NCBI GenBank assembly: GCA_028826165.1
Contig: JAPDFW010000085.1
Span: 1-64,000, forward strand
Origin: Anaeramoeba ignava BMAN
Taxonomy: Eukaryota; Protista; Anaeramoebae
Reading direction: 5' to 3'
DNA: 64,000 bases
The notes beneath the pieces are model-generated. The model had not been told where the DNA came from and did no database searches. It was given only the letters and a program-made list of their open reading frames with translations. The translations under genes were made by a program, and so were the position numbers. Shown one piece after another: positions 11,334-22,125 of this stretch (its first letter is position 1; each line of letters begins with the position of its first letter).

Positions 11334-13205
11334 TCATTTATTTTCATTTTCTTTATTCAAAAATAAATCAATTAATTGAATTTAGATTTAATTGGAAATA
11401 ATCTTTAATATCTTCAAATTCTTCAATTATTTTCAAATTTATTTTATTTTCTTCAATTTTATCATGATAAAGGAAATAAATAAATTGATTTAATGTTTCA
11501 AATGATTTTCTTGAATAATCATGAACTTGATTTAGATTTATCTTCAATATTTAATTGAAACATTCCTTTGAATAATTCACTTCTTAAAAATAATATTAAT
11601 TTATGAACTTTGATTTCTTTTTCATCTTCACAAATTATTGTAAAATCTTTTTTTGAATCATTTTCTTCATATAATTTTGATAAATCTTTTATTATTCCAT
11701 TTCTTTTGGATTTGGATTTAATCCAATTTAAATCAAATCCAATTTCTTTAAAAAATTCTTCATTAATTTTCATTTTCATTTTCAAATTCTTTTTCAATTT
11801 TTTCAAATTTTTCTTTTAATTCTTCAAATATCTTTTTATTTTCTTTAATTTTTTCATAATAAAATGAATGATTAATTCCAAGAAGATCATCATCAGAATA
11901 TCCATATTTTTGATATTCATTATATTTTTTTAAATCTTCTTTATTTTCTTTTTCTTTAAATTTTAATTCTTTTAAAACTTGGAATTTTTGAATTAAATTA
12001 TCAAAATTAGGAAATCCAGTATAAATGAAATTAATTACAATTTCAACAATTTCTTTTGATTTTCTTTTACAATTATTAATAAATTTTTGTAAATTTAATT
12101 GATTATAATCAAATCTTAATAAAAGAATTTGTTTATGAACTTTGAATTTAAATGAATCATTTGTTTCAATTTCAAAATCTGATAAATTATCATTTGAATT
12201 TAATAAATTATTTAGATCTTGATTAATTGAATAAATTTTGGGAAATAAATCAATCATTTCTTTTGTAATTTGTTTATCTGTTAATATTAAAATATCTGCA
12301 TTATTTATCATTAATAATGTGATTAAATCTTTATCATATTTATATATTGAATAAAATAAAGGTATTTTTTGATGAAGATCATTTTCAATTTCAATATTAA
12401 GATCAATATTGCGAATTTTTTGAATAAGTAATTTGATAACTTCACTTATTTTTGGATTTTTAGTTGTTTGAATAATTTCGTTTTCACAAATTAATTGTAA
12501 TAATGTTTTTCCATTATCATCTATTATGTTAACATCAGCTCCGTTTTCAATTAAATATTTTATAGTTTCGGATGATTTTAATTTATTTTGAAATTGAAAA
12601 ACATAATGTAAAGGTGTTTTTCCTGATTCATTTTGGGCATTGACATCTGCTCCATTTGCAACCAAAAGTTTAACAATTTCAAATAAGTTGTTAGTTTTTT
12701 GAAATTGACAAGCTAAGTGTAAAGCAGTGTTATTCAAAATATCTTTGGCATTAAGATCTGCTCCATTTTCAAGTAATATTTGCAATACTTCATATGCATT
12801 TTCTTTTTGATATTCACAAATTAAATGTAAAAAAGAACCATGAAAAGTGCTTGTGGTATTAATTTCAATTCCTTTTTCAATCATCAATTTGACAATTTCT
12901 ATTAAATTTATTTTTTGGGTTTGGAATTGACAAGCATAATGTAAAGGAGTTTCTTTATGATATTTAGTTTTGGCATTGATGTTTGCACCATTTTCAATTA
13001 GATATTTTATAATTTCAAAAGAATTTGGTTTGTTTTGAAATTGACAAGCATAATGCAAAGGAGTTTCTTTTGATTTATTTTTGGCATTGATGTTTGCGCC
13101 ATTGTCAATTAAAATTTTAATTTTTTGGAATGATTTTTTTTTTGGGAATTTACAAACTATATGTAAAGATGTTTGTTTATTTTTATTATTATAGTTTTTT
13201 TTCAT
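11334..13205 (-). CDS. Ankyrin + 2 BTB protein, array copy 5 (three +1 frameshifts at ~11770, ~11533, ~11373)
   Basis: ORFs 11763-13205 and 11519-11806 plus a manual reading to DLFLNKENENK* reconstruct the family C-terminus. Confidence 0.8.
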
Positions 13206-13324
13206 TTTTGAATCAACTAAGAAATAAAATAAAAAAATGAAAAAGTTTTACTTTTATTTTCTGAAAATTAATTGTTAAAAAAAAAAAAAGAAAAGAAAAC
13301 AATTTAGTCTCATTTCATTTCATT

Positions 13325-15298
13325 TCATTTGATTTCATTTGATTTCATTTCTTTTTTTGGATCATCTTGTTTAAATTTCTGAATTAAATCAAATAAAAAT
13401 AAATCAATAATTGAATTTTGATTTAATTGATAATAATCTTTAACATCTTCAAATTCTTGAATAATTTTCTGATTCATTTTAGATTCTTCAAATTGATCGC
13501 AATAAAAAAAATGAATTAATTGATTTAAAGTGTCAAATGATTTTTTTGTATAATCGTGAACTTGATTAGTTTTGTCTTCCACATTCAAAAACATTCCTTT
13601 GAATAATTCACTTCTTATTATTAAAATCAATTTATGAACCTTAATTTTCTTTTCCACATTATTTTCCACATCTTTTTCTTGGCAAATGATTGTGAAATCT
13701 TTTCTGGATTCATCTTCTTGATAAAGTTTATTGAAATCATTTAACAATCCTTTTCTTTTTGATTTTGATTTAATCCAAGCCGAATTTAATCCAATTTCTT
13801 TGAAAACTTGTTTCATTGATTTTTTGCGGTTGCGCTCGTTTTTATTTTGTTCTTCTTTTTCCTTTTTCAAAATATTAATTAAATCCTTTTTCTCATCCAA
13901 TTTATCCTGAAGAAATTTATCCTTTGCTGAATGAATATCCTCATCGAGTTTGATGAATTTATTTCTGTAATTGATTAAACTTTCGAATCTTTGACTATAA
14001 ACATCAAAATCGGGGAATCCGGTATAAAGGAAATTAATTGCCAACTGAACGGATTCTTTGTGGGTTTTTTTGCAAATATCAACAAAATTTTGTAAAACTG
14101 AGTCGTTATAGTCAAATCTTAACAAAAGAATTTGCTTGTGAAGTTTGAATTTAAATGAATCATTTGCTTCAATTTCAAAGTCTGAAAAATTATCATTCAA
14201 TTTCAAAAATTTGTTCAAGTCGTGATTGAATGAGTAAATTTTGGGGAAGAAATCAATCATTTCTTGAGTAATTTCATAGTCTTCCAAATCCAAAAGATTA
14301 GCGTCATTGAGCATGTAAAATTTGCATTGATTTGGATCATAATTGCGGATTGCATAGTGGAAAGGTGTTTCTTGGAACTTGTTTTTGGCATTGATGTCCG
14401 CACCATTGTCAATGAAATATTTAACAGCCTCAAATAAGTCTTTGTTTTTTCCATGACGTTGATATTTGCTTTGGTATTGGAATAGAAATTGACAAACAAA
14501 ATGCAAAGCTGTTTGATTCAAAGTATTTTTGGCATTGATAAGCGTGCCCTTTTCAATCAAATATTTTATAATCGGAAATGAATTTTCCTCCTGATATTGA
14601 CAAATAAAATGCAAAGGGGTTTGACTTTCAATGTTTTTGGCATTGAAATCAGAACCGCTTTCAATCAAAAATTTGACAACTTCAAAAGTGTTTTTATTTC
14701 GAATTTGACAAGCATAATGCAAAGGTATTTCGTCATAATTGTTTTTGGCATTGATGTCTGCCCCCTTTTCAACTAGCAATTTGATGACACGCATTGCGTC
14801 TGTATTTTTGTGATTATGACAAACTAAATGCAATGGTGTTTGATTCTTTTTGTTTCTGGCATTGACATCTGTTCCCTTTTCAATCAAATAATTCACATAT
14901 TCAATCAAGTAGTGCCTTTGAAATTGACAGGCAACATGCAAAGGGGTTTCGTTGTAGTTATTTTTGGCATTGACATCTGCTCCATTTTCCACAAGAATTT
15001 TCCCAATTTCAAAAGCATTTTGATGCTGTTGGTAAATACAAACCAAATGCAAGGGAGATTGATGTTTGCTGTTTTTGATATTGACATCTGCTCCCTTCAT
15101 AATTAACAAACTGATAATATCAATTGAATCTGAATCACGTTGAAATTGACAAGCTAAATGCAATGGTGTTTGTCTATAGTAGTTTTTGGCATTGATATTT
15201 ATTCTTTTTTCCACTAACGATTTTATAGTTGCATATGGATTTTTTTTTTGATTCAAACAAGCCAAATGTAAAAGTGTTTGGTTTTTATTCCTCTTCAT
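13325..15298 (-). CDS. Ankyrin + 2 BTB protein, divergent array copy 6 (657 aa)
   Basis: Intact ORF with the same architecture, but GC-richer codons and diverged BTB domains. Confidence 0.92.
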   Translation of the reverse strand: MKRNKNQTLLHLACLNQKKNPYATIKSLVEKRININAKNYYRQTPLHLACQFQRDSDSIDIISLLIMKGADVNIKNSKHQSPLHLVCIYQQHQNAFEIGKILVENGADVNAKNNYNETPLHVACQFQRHYLIEYVNYLIEKGTDVNARNKKNQTPLHLVCHNHKNTDAMRVIKLLVEKGADINAKNNYDEIPLHYACQIRNKNTFEVVKFLIESGSDFNAKNIESQTPLHFICQYQEENSFPIIKYLIEKGTLINAKNTLNQTALHFVCQFLFQYQSKYQRHGKNKDLFEAVKYFIDNGADINAKNKFQETPFHYAIRNYDPNQCKFYMLNDANLLDLEDYEITQEMIDFFPKIYSFNHDLNKFLKLNDNFSDFEIEANDSFKFKLHKQILLLRFDYNDSVLQNFVDICKKTHKESVQLAINFLYTGFPDFDVYSQRFESLINYRNKFIKLDEDIHSAKDKFLQDKLDEKKDLINILKKEKEEQNKNERNRKKSMKQVFKEIGLNSAWIKSKSKRKGLLNDFNKLYQEDESRKDFTIICQEKDVENNVEKKIKVHKLILIIRSELFKGMFLNVEDKTNQVHDYTKKSFDTLNQLIHFFYCDQFEESKMNQKIIQEFEDVKDYYQLNQNSIIDLFLFDLIQKFKQDDPKKEMKSNEIK

Positions 15299-15402
15299 CT
15301 TTTTTTTTTTATCTTTTATTTTTTAATTGAAAAAAAAAAATGAAAAAAAAAAATTTTTTTTTTAAATTTTTATTTTTTATTTTTGATTAAAAATTTTTGT
15401 TT

Positions 15403-17809
15403 TTAATTTGATGAAATTAAATCATTTAAAAATAAATCAATAATTGAATTTAGATTTAATTGATAATAATCTTTAATATCTTCAAATTCTTCAATAATTT
15501 TGGAATTAAATTTATTTTCTTCAATTTCATCATGATAAAGAAAATAAATAAATTGATTAATTGTTTCAAATGATTTTTTTGAATAATCATGAACTTGATT
15601 TGATTTATCTTCAACATTTAATTGGAACATTCCTTTGAATAATTCACTTCTTAAAAATAATATTAATTTATGAACTTTAATTTCTTTTTCATCTGAACAA
15701 ATTATTGTAAAATCTTTTTTTGAATCATTTTCTTCATATAATTTTGATAAATCTTTTATTATTCCTTTTCTTTTGGATTTGGATTTAATCCAATTTAAAT
15801 CAAATCCAATTTCTTTAAAAAATTCTTCATTAATTTCATTTTGTTTTGTTTCTTTTGTTTTTAATTCTTCTTCTTTTGTTTTTAATTCTTTTTTAAGTTT
15901 TTTGTTTTCTTCAATTTTTTCACGATAAAATGATGAATCATTTTTAGTATATTTGTTTCCATAATTATAATAGCTATTATAGTAATAATCATCTTCATCT
16001 TCTTCGTATTCATATTCATATTCATAATATTTATTTTCAGCTTGATGAATTTCTTTTTTTGTAAATTTTAATTCTTTTAAATTTTGTGAATTTTTGAATT
16101 AAATTATCAAAATTAGGAAATCCAGTATAAATGAAATTAATTACAATTTCAACAATTTCTTTTGGTTTTCTTTTACAATTATTGATAAATTTTTGTAAAT
16201 TTAATTGATTATAATCAAATCTTAATAAAAGAATTTGTTTATGTACTTTGAATTTAAATGAATCATTTGTTTCAATTTCAAAATCTGATAAATTATCATT
16301 TGAATTTAATAAATTATTCAAATCTTGGTTAATTGAATAAATTTTGGGAAATAAATCAATCATTTCTTTTGTAATTTGTTTATCTGTTAATTTGGAAATA
16401 TCTGCATTATTTATCATTAATAATGTGATTAAATCTTGATCATATTTATATATTGGATAAAATAAAGGTATTTTTTGATGAAGATCATTTTCAATTTCAA
16501 TATTAAGATCAATATTATGAATTTTTTGAATAAGTAATTTGATAACTTCACTTATTTTTGGATTTTTAGTTTTATGAATGATTTCTTTTTCACAAATTAA
16601 TTGTAATAATGTTTTTCCATTATCATCTATTATGTTAACATCAGCTCCGTTTTCAATTAAATGTTTTATAGTTTTAAATACTTCTTCTTCTATTTCAGTT
16701 TTGCTGTTTTTAAAAGTAAATAGATAGTTATTTAAAAAACATTTGAAAGCATAATTTAAAGGTGTTCTATCTTTTTGATCTTTAGCATTAACATCTGCTC
16801 CATTTGCAATTAAAAATTTAACAACTTCAAAATTATTTTGTTGTTCAAATTTACAAGCGTAATGTAAAGGTATTTTTTCTTTTTCATTTCGAGAATTAAC
16901 ATCTGCTCCATTTGAAATTAAAAGTTTAATAATTTCTAATGGATCTCGGTTTCTTGATTGGAAAATTAAATGTAATGGTGTTTCTTTTCTAAAATTAGTT
17001 TTGAGATTGATACTTGATTTTGCACCATTTTCAAGTAAATATTTGATAATTTCAAGTGATTGATCTGCTTGATTTTCACAAGCTAAATGTAATGGTGTTT
17101 CATTTCCAATATCTATAGAATTAATATTTATTCCTTTTGAAATTAGAAATTTAATAACTTCAATTGATTTTTTAATTGGAAATCGACAGATATAATGTAA
17201 AGGAGTTTTTTTATAAGAATCTTTTTTAGTAATATCAAGTCCTTTTGAAATTAAAAAATTCATAATTTCAATTGCATATTCTTTTTGATATTCAAAAGCA
17301 TGAGATAATGATGGTCTGTCTGATTTTTTTGGATTAAGTGAAATTCCATTTTCAATTAATAAATTCATTGCTTCAAATAAAATATCTTTTTCTTTTTGAT
17401 ATTTTAAAAGTAATTCTAATGGTTTTTCGTCTGGATAGTATCTTTCTTTAAAATTTGCTCCGTTTGAAAATAAAATCTTCATAATTTCAATTAAGTTTTT
17501 CTTTTGTTGATATTGACAAGTAAAATCTAATGGTGATTTTCCTCTTTTGTTTCTGGCATTAACATCTGCACCTTTTGAAATTAAATATTTGACAATTTCT
17601 ATTACATTGTCTTTTTTTTGTTTTTGACAAACTAAATGCAAAGGTGTTTGTTTATAATCGCTTTTTATATTAACATCTTCTCCATTTTCAATTAAATTTT
17701 TAATTCTTTCAAATGCATTTTGTGCTTGAGATTGACATGCTTTATGTAATTCAATTTCTTTTTGGCTTTTTCTTTTTGGTTTTTTCTTATTTCTTTTTGT
17801 TTTTTTCAT
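15403..17809 (-). CDS. Ankyrin + 2 BTB protein, array copy 7 (+1 frameshift at ~16087)
   Basis: ORF 16037-17809 continues, after removing one base, through a Y/E/D-rich linker into the frame of ORF 15403-15630. It is a near-duplicate of copy 8. Confidence 0.83.
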
Positions 17810-17869
17810 TTAAAAAAAAAATGAAAAAAATGAAAATGAAAAATTATTTTTGATTAAAAAGTTTTGTTT

Positions 17870-20071
17870 TTAATTTGATGAAATTAAATCATTTAAAATT
17901 AAATCAATAATTGAATTTAGATTTAATTGGAAATAATCTTTAATATCTTCAAATTCTTCAATAATTTTAGAATTAAATTTATTTTCTTCAATTTTATCAT
18001 GATAAAGAAAATAAATAAATTGATTAATTGTTTCAAATGATTTTCTTGAATAATCATGAACTTCATTTGATGTATCTCGAATATTTAATTGAAACATTCC
18101 TTTGAATAATTCACTTCTTAAAAATAATATTAATTTATGAACTTTAATTTCTTTTCCATTTTCACAAATTATTGTAAAATCTTTTTTTGAATCATTTTCT
18201 TCATATAATTTTGATAAATCTTTTATTATTCCTTTTCTTTTGGATTTGGATTTAATCCAATTTAAATCAAATCCAATTTCTTTAAAAAATTCTTCATTAA
18301 TTTCATTTTGTTTTGTTTCTTTTGTTTTTAATTCTTCTTCTTCTTCTTCTAATAAATTCTTTAAAATTTGTAATCTTTGAATTAAATTATCAAAATTAGG
18401 AAATCCAGTATAAATGAAATTAATTGCAATTTCAACAATTTCTTTTGGTTTTCTTTTACAATTATTAATAAATTTTTGTAAATTTAATTGATTATAATCA
18501 AATCTTAATAAAAGAATTTGTTTATGAACTTTGAATTTAAATGAATCATTTGTTTCAATTTCAAAATCTGATAAATTATCATTTGAATTTAATAAATTAT
18601 TTAAATCTTGATTAATTGAATAAATTTTGGGAAATAAATCAATAATTTCTTTTGTGATTTGTTTATCTGTTAATTTGGAAATATCTGCATTATTTATCAT
18701 TAATAATGTGATTAAATCTTGATCATATTTATATATTGGATAAAATAAAGGTATTTTTCCATAAAGATCATTTTCAATTTCAATATTAAGATCAATATTA
18801 TGAATTTTTTGAATAAGTAGTTTGATAACTTCACTTATTTTTGGATTTTTAGTTTTATGAATGATTTCTTTTTCACAAATTAATTGTAATAATGTTTTTC
18901 CATTATCATCTATTATGTTAACATCAGCTCCGTTTTCAATTAAATGTTTTATAGTTTTAAATACTTCTTCTTCTATTTCAGTTTTGCTGTTTTTAAAAGT
19001 AAGTAGATAGTTATTTAAAAAACATTTGAAAGCATAATTTAAAGGTGTTCTATTTTTTTGATCTTTAGCATTAGCATCTGCTCCATTTGCAATTAAAAAT
19101 TTAACAACTCCAAAACTATTTTGTTGTTCAAATTTGCAGGCGAAATGTAAAGGTGTTTTTCGTCTTTCATTTTGAGAATTAACATCTGCTCCATTTGAAA
19201 TTAAAAGTTTAATAATTTCTAATGGATCTCGGTTTCTTGATTGGAAAATTAAATGTAATGGTGTTTCTTTTCTAAAATTAGTTTTGAGATTGATACTTGA
19301 TTTTGCACCATTTTCAAGTAAATATTTGATAATTTTAAGTGATTGATCTGTTTGATTTTCAAAAGCTAAATGTAATGGTGTTACATTTCCAATATCTATA
19401 GAATTAATATTTATTCCTTTTGAAATTAGAAATTTGATAACTTTAATTGATTTTTTAATTGGAAATTGACAGATATAATGTAAAGGAGTTTGTTTAAAAG
19501 AATCTTTTTTAGTAATATCAAGTCCTTTTGAAATTAAAAAATTCATAATTTCAATTGCATATTCTTTTTGATATTCAAAAGCATGAGATAATGATGGTCT
19601 GTCTGATTTTTCTGGATTAAGTGAAATTCCATTTTCAATTAATAAATTCATTGCTTCAAATAAAATATCTTTTTCTTTTTGATATTTTAAAAGTAATTCT
19701 AATGGTGTTTCGTCTAAATAGTATCCTTCTTTAAAATTTGCTCCGTTTGAAAATAAAATCTTCATAATTTCAATTAAGTTTTTCTTTTTTTGATATTGAC
19801 AAGTAAAATCTAATGGTGATTTTCCTCTTTTGTTTCTGGCATTAACATCTGCACCTTTTGAAATTAAATATTTGACAATTTCTATTACATTGTCTTTTTT
19901 TTGTTTTTGACAAACTAAATGTAAAGGTGTTTGTTTATAATCACTTTTTATATTAACATCTTCTCCATTTTCAATTAAATTTTTAATTCTTTCAAATGCA
20001 TTTTGTGCTTGAGATTGACATGCTTTATGTAATTCAATTTCTTTTTTCTTATTTTTATTTGTTTTTTTCAT
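17870..20071 (-). CDS. Ankyrin + 2 BTB protein, array copy 8 (733 aa)
   Basis: Intact ORF with ANK repeats and two BTB motifs. Confidence 0.92.
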   Translation of the reverse strand: MKKTNKNKKKEIELHKACQSQAQNAFERIKNLIENGEDVNIKSDYKQTPLHLVCQKQKKDNVIEIVKYLISKGADVNARNKRGKSPLDFTCQYQKKKNLIEIMKILFSNGANFKEGYYLDETPLELLLKYQKEKDILFEAMNLLIENGISLNPEKSDRPSLSHAFEYQKEYAIEIMNFLISKGLDITKKDSFKQTPLHYICQFPIKKSIKVIKFLISKGININSIDIGNVTPLHLAFENQTDQSLKIIKYLLENGAKSSINLKTNFRKETPLHLIFQSRNRDPLEIIKLLISNGADVNSQNERRKTPLHFACKFEQQNSFGVVKFLIANGADANAKDQKNRTPLNYAFKCFLNNYLLTFKNSKTEIEEEVFKTIKHLIENGADVNIIDDNGKTLLQLICEKEIIHKTKNPKISEVIKLLIQKIHNIDLNIEIENDLYGKIPLFYPIYKYDQDLITLLMINNADISKLTDKQITKEIIDLFPKIYSINQDLNNLLNSNDNLSDFEIETNDSFKFKVHKQILLLRFDYNQLNLQKFINNCKRKPKEIVEIAINFIYTGFPNFDNLIQRLQILKNLLEEEEEELKTKETKQNEINEEFFKEIGFDLNWIKSKSKRKGIIKDLSKLYEENDSKKDFTIICENGKEIKVHKLILFLRSELFKGMFQLNIRDTSNEVHDYSRKSFETINQFIYFLYHDKIEENKFNSKIIEEFEDIKDYFQLNLNSIIDLILNDLISSN

Positions 20072-20183
20072 TTAAAAAATAAAATAAAAAAATGAAAAAA
20101 AAATATTTTTATTCAATTTATATTATTAAAAATTACTAATAGAAAGAAAAAAAAAAGTATTAATTTAAATTTTAATTTTGTTT

Positions 20184-22058
20184 TTAATTTGATGAAATTA
20201 ATTCAAATAAAATTAAATCTATAATTGAATTTTGATTTAATTGATAATAATCTTTAATATCTTCAAGTTCTTCAATAATTTTTGGATTAATTTTGTTTTC
20301 TTCAAATCCATCATGATAAAGAAAATAAATAAATTGATTTAAAGTTTCAAATGATTTTCTTGAATAATCCTGAACTTCATTTGATGTATCTCGAATATTT
20401 AATTGAAACATTCCTTTGAATAATTCACTTCTTAAAAATAATATTAATTTATGAATTTTGATTTCTTTTCCATTTTCACAAATTATTGTAAAATCTTTTT
20501 TTGAATCATTTTCTTTATATAATTTTGATAAATCTTTTATTATTCCTTTTCTTTTGGATTTTGATTTAATCCAATTTGAATTTAATCCAATTTCTTTAAA
20601 AAATTCTTCATTAATTTCATTTTGTTTTTTGGATTTTTTTTCAAAAATTTCTTTTTTTGATTTATCTATTGTAAATAATTCTGTCATTAATTCAGCAACA
20701 GAAATTTTTTGTGTTTCAAAACTACTTTTAATTTGTTCAAATTGATTTTTGTATTCAATTAAATTTTGGAATCTTTGAATAAAATTATCAAAATTAGGAA
20801 ATCCAGTATAAATGAAATTAATTACAATTTCAACAACTTTTTTGGATTTATTTTTACAATTGTTAATAAATTTTTGAATATTTATTTCATTATGATCAAA
20901 TCTTAATAAAAGAATTTGTTTATGAACTTTGAATTTAAATGGATCATTTGTTTCAATTTCAAAATCTGGAAAATTATCATTTGAATTTAATAAATTATTT
21001 AAATCTTGATTAATTGAATAAATTTTGGGAAATAAATCAACAATTTCTTTTGTGATTTCTGACTCTTTTAATTCAAAAACATTTGCGTCATTCATGATTA
21101 ATAATGCAATTGAATGTATGTTATTTTCACATATCGAATAATCCAAAGGAGTTTGATTAATGCTATCTTTGGAATCAATGTCAGCATCTTTTTCAAGAAG
21201 AAATTTGACAATTTGGAAAGAGTTTTTATCATCATTTTGAAATTGACAAGCCAAATGCAAAGCTGTTTGGTTTCTATTGTTTTTGGCATTTACATCTGCG
21301 CCTTTTTCAATCAAATATTTTACAATTGTGAATGAATTTGTATTTTGGCATTGAGAAGCTAGATGTAAAGGTGTTTGATTATAAATAGTTTTGGCATTGA
21401 TATCTGCACCGTTTTCAAGTAAATATTTGACAACTTCAAATGATTTTTCATATTGAGAATGACAAGCAAAATGTAAGGGAGTTTGATTGTATTGTGTTTT
21501 AGCATTGATATTTGCACCATTTTCAAGTAAATATTTAATAATTTCAAGTGAATGTTTGTTTTGAAATTGACAGGCAAGATGTAAAGGAGTTTGATTATAT
21601 CTATTTGTGGCATTGACACTCGAATCATTTTCAATTAAATATTTGACAACATCAAATGAGCTTTTATTGTGTTGATATTGACAAGCTAAATGTAAAGTTA
21701 TTTCATTTTCAAAATTTTGTGCATTTACATCTGCTCCTTTTTTCACTAAATATTTGATAATTCGAAATGAATTTTCTTTATTGTTTTGAAATTGACAAGC
21801 TAAATGCAATGGTGTTTGATTCAAATCATTTTTGGCATTGATATCTGCACCTTTTGAAATTAATAATTTTATAAGTTCAATTACTTTTGGTTTTTTCTGA
21901 CTTTGACAAACAATATGTAAAGCTGTTTGGTTCTTTTTATTTTTGACATTAACATCTGAACCATTTTCAATAAAAAATTTTATAATTTCAAATGAATTTT
22001 TATTTTGATTTCGACAAGCAATTTGTAATAAAGTTTCTTTTTGTTTTTTTTTATCCAT
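20184..22058 (-). CDS. Ankyrin + 2 BTB protein, array copy 9 (624 aa)
   Basis: Intact ORF with ANK repeats and two BTB motifs. Confidence 0.92.
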   Translation of the reverse strand: MDKKKQKETLLQIACRNQNKNSFEIIKFFIENGSDVNVKNKKNQTALHIVCQSQKKPKVIELIKLLISKGADINAKNDLNQTPLHLACQFQNNKENSFRIIKYLVKKGADVNAQNFENEITLHLACQYQHNKSSFDVVKYLIENDSSVNATNRYNQTPLHLACQFQNKHSLEIIKYLLENGANINAKTQYNQTPLHFACHSQYEKSFEVVKYLLENGADINAKTIYNQTPLHLASQCQNTNSFTIVKYLIEKGADVNAKNNRNQTALHLACQFQNDDKNSFQIVKFLLEKDADIDSKDSINQTPLDYSICENNIHSIALLIMNDANVFELKESEITKEIVDLFPKIYSINQDLNNLLNSNDNFPDFEIETNDPFKFKVHKQILLLRFDHNEINIQKFINNCKNKSKKVVEIVINFIYTGFPNFDNFIQRFQNLIEYKNQFEQIKSSFETQKISVAELMTELFTIDKSKKEIFEKKSKKQNEINEEFFKEIGLNSNWIKSKSKRKGIIKDLSKLYKENDSKKDFTIICENGKEIKIHKLILFLRSELFKGMFQLNIRDTSNEVQDYSRKSFETLNQFIYFLYHDGFEENKINPKIIEELEDIKDYYQLNQNSIIDLILFELISSN

Positions 22059-22125
22059 TTATTAATTAAAAAAAAAATGAAAAAAATGAAAATGAAAAAT
22101 TATTTTTGATTAAAAATTTTTGTTT

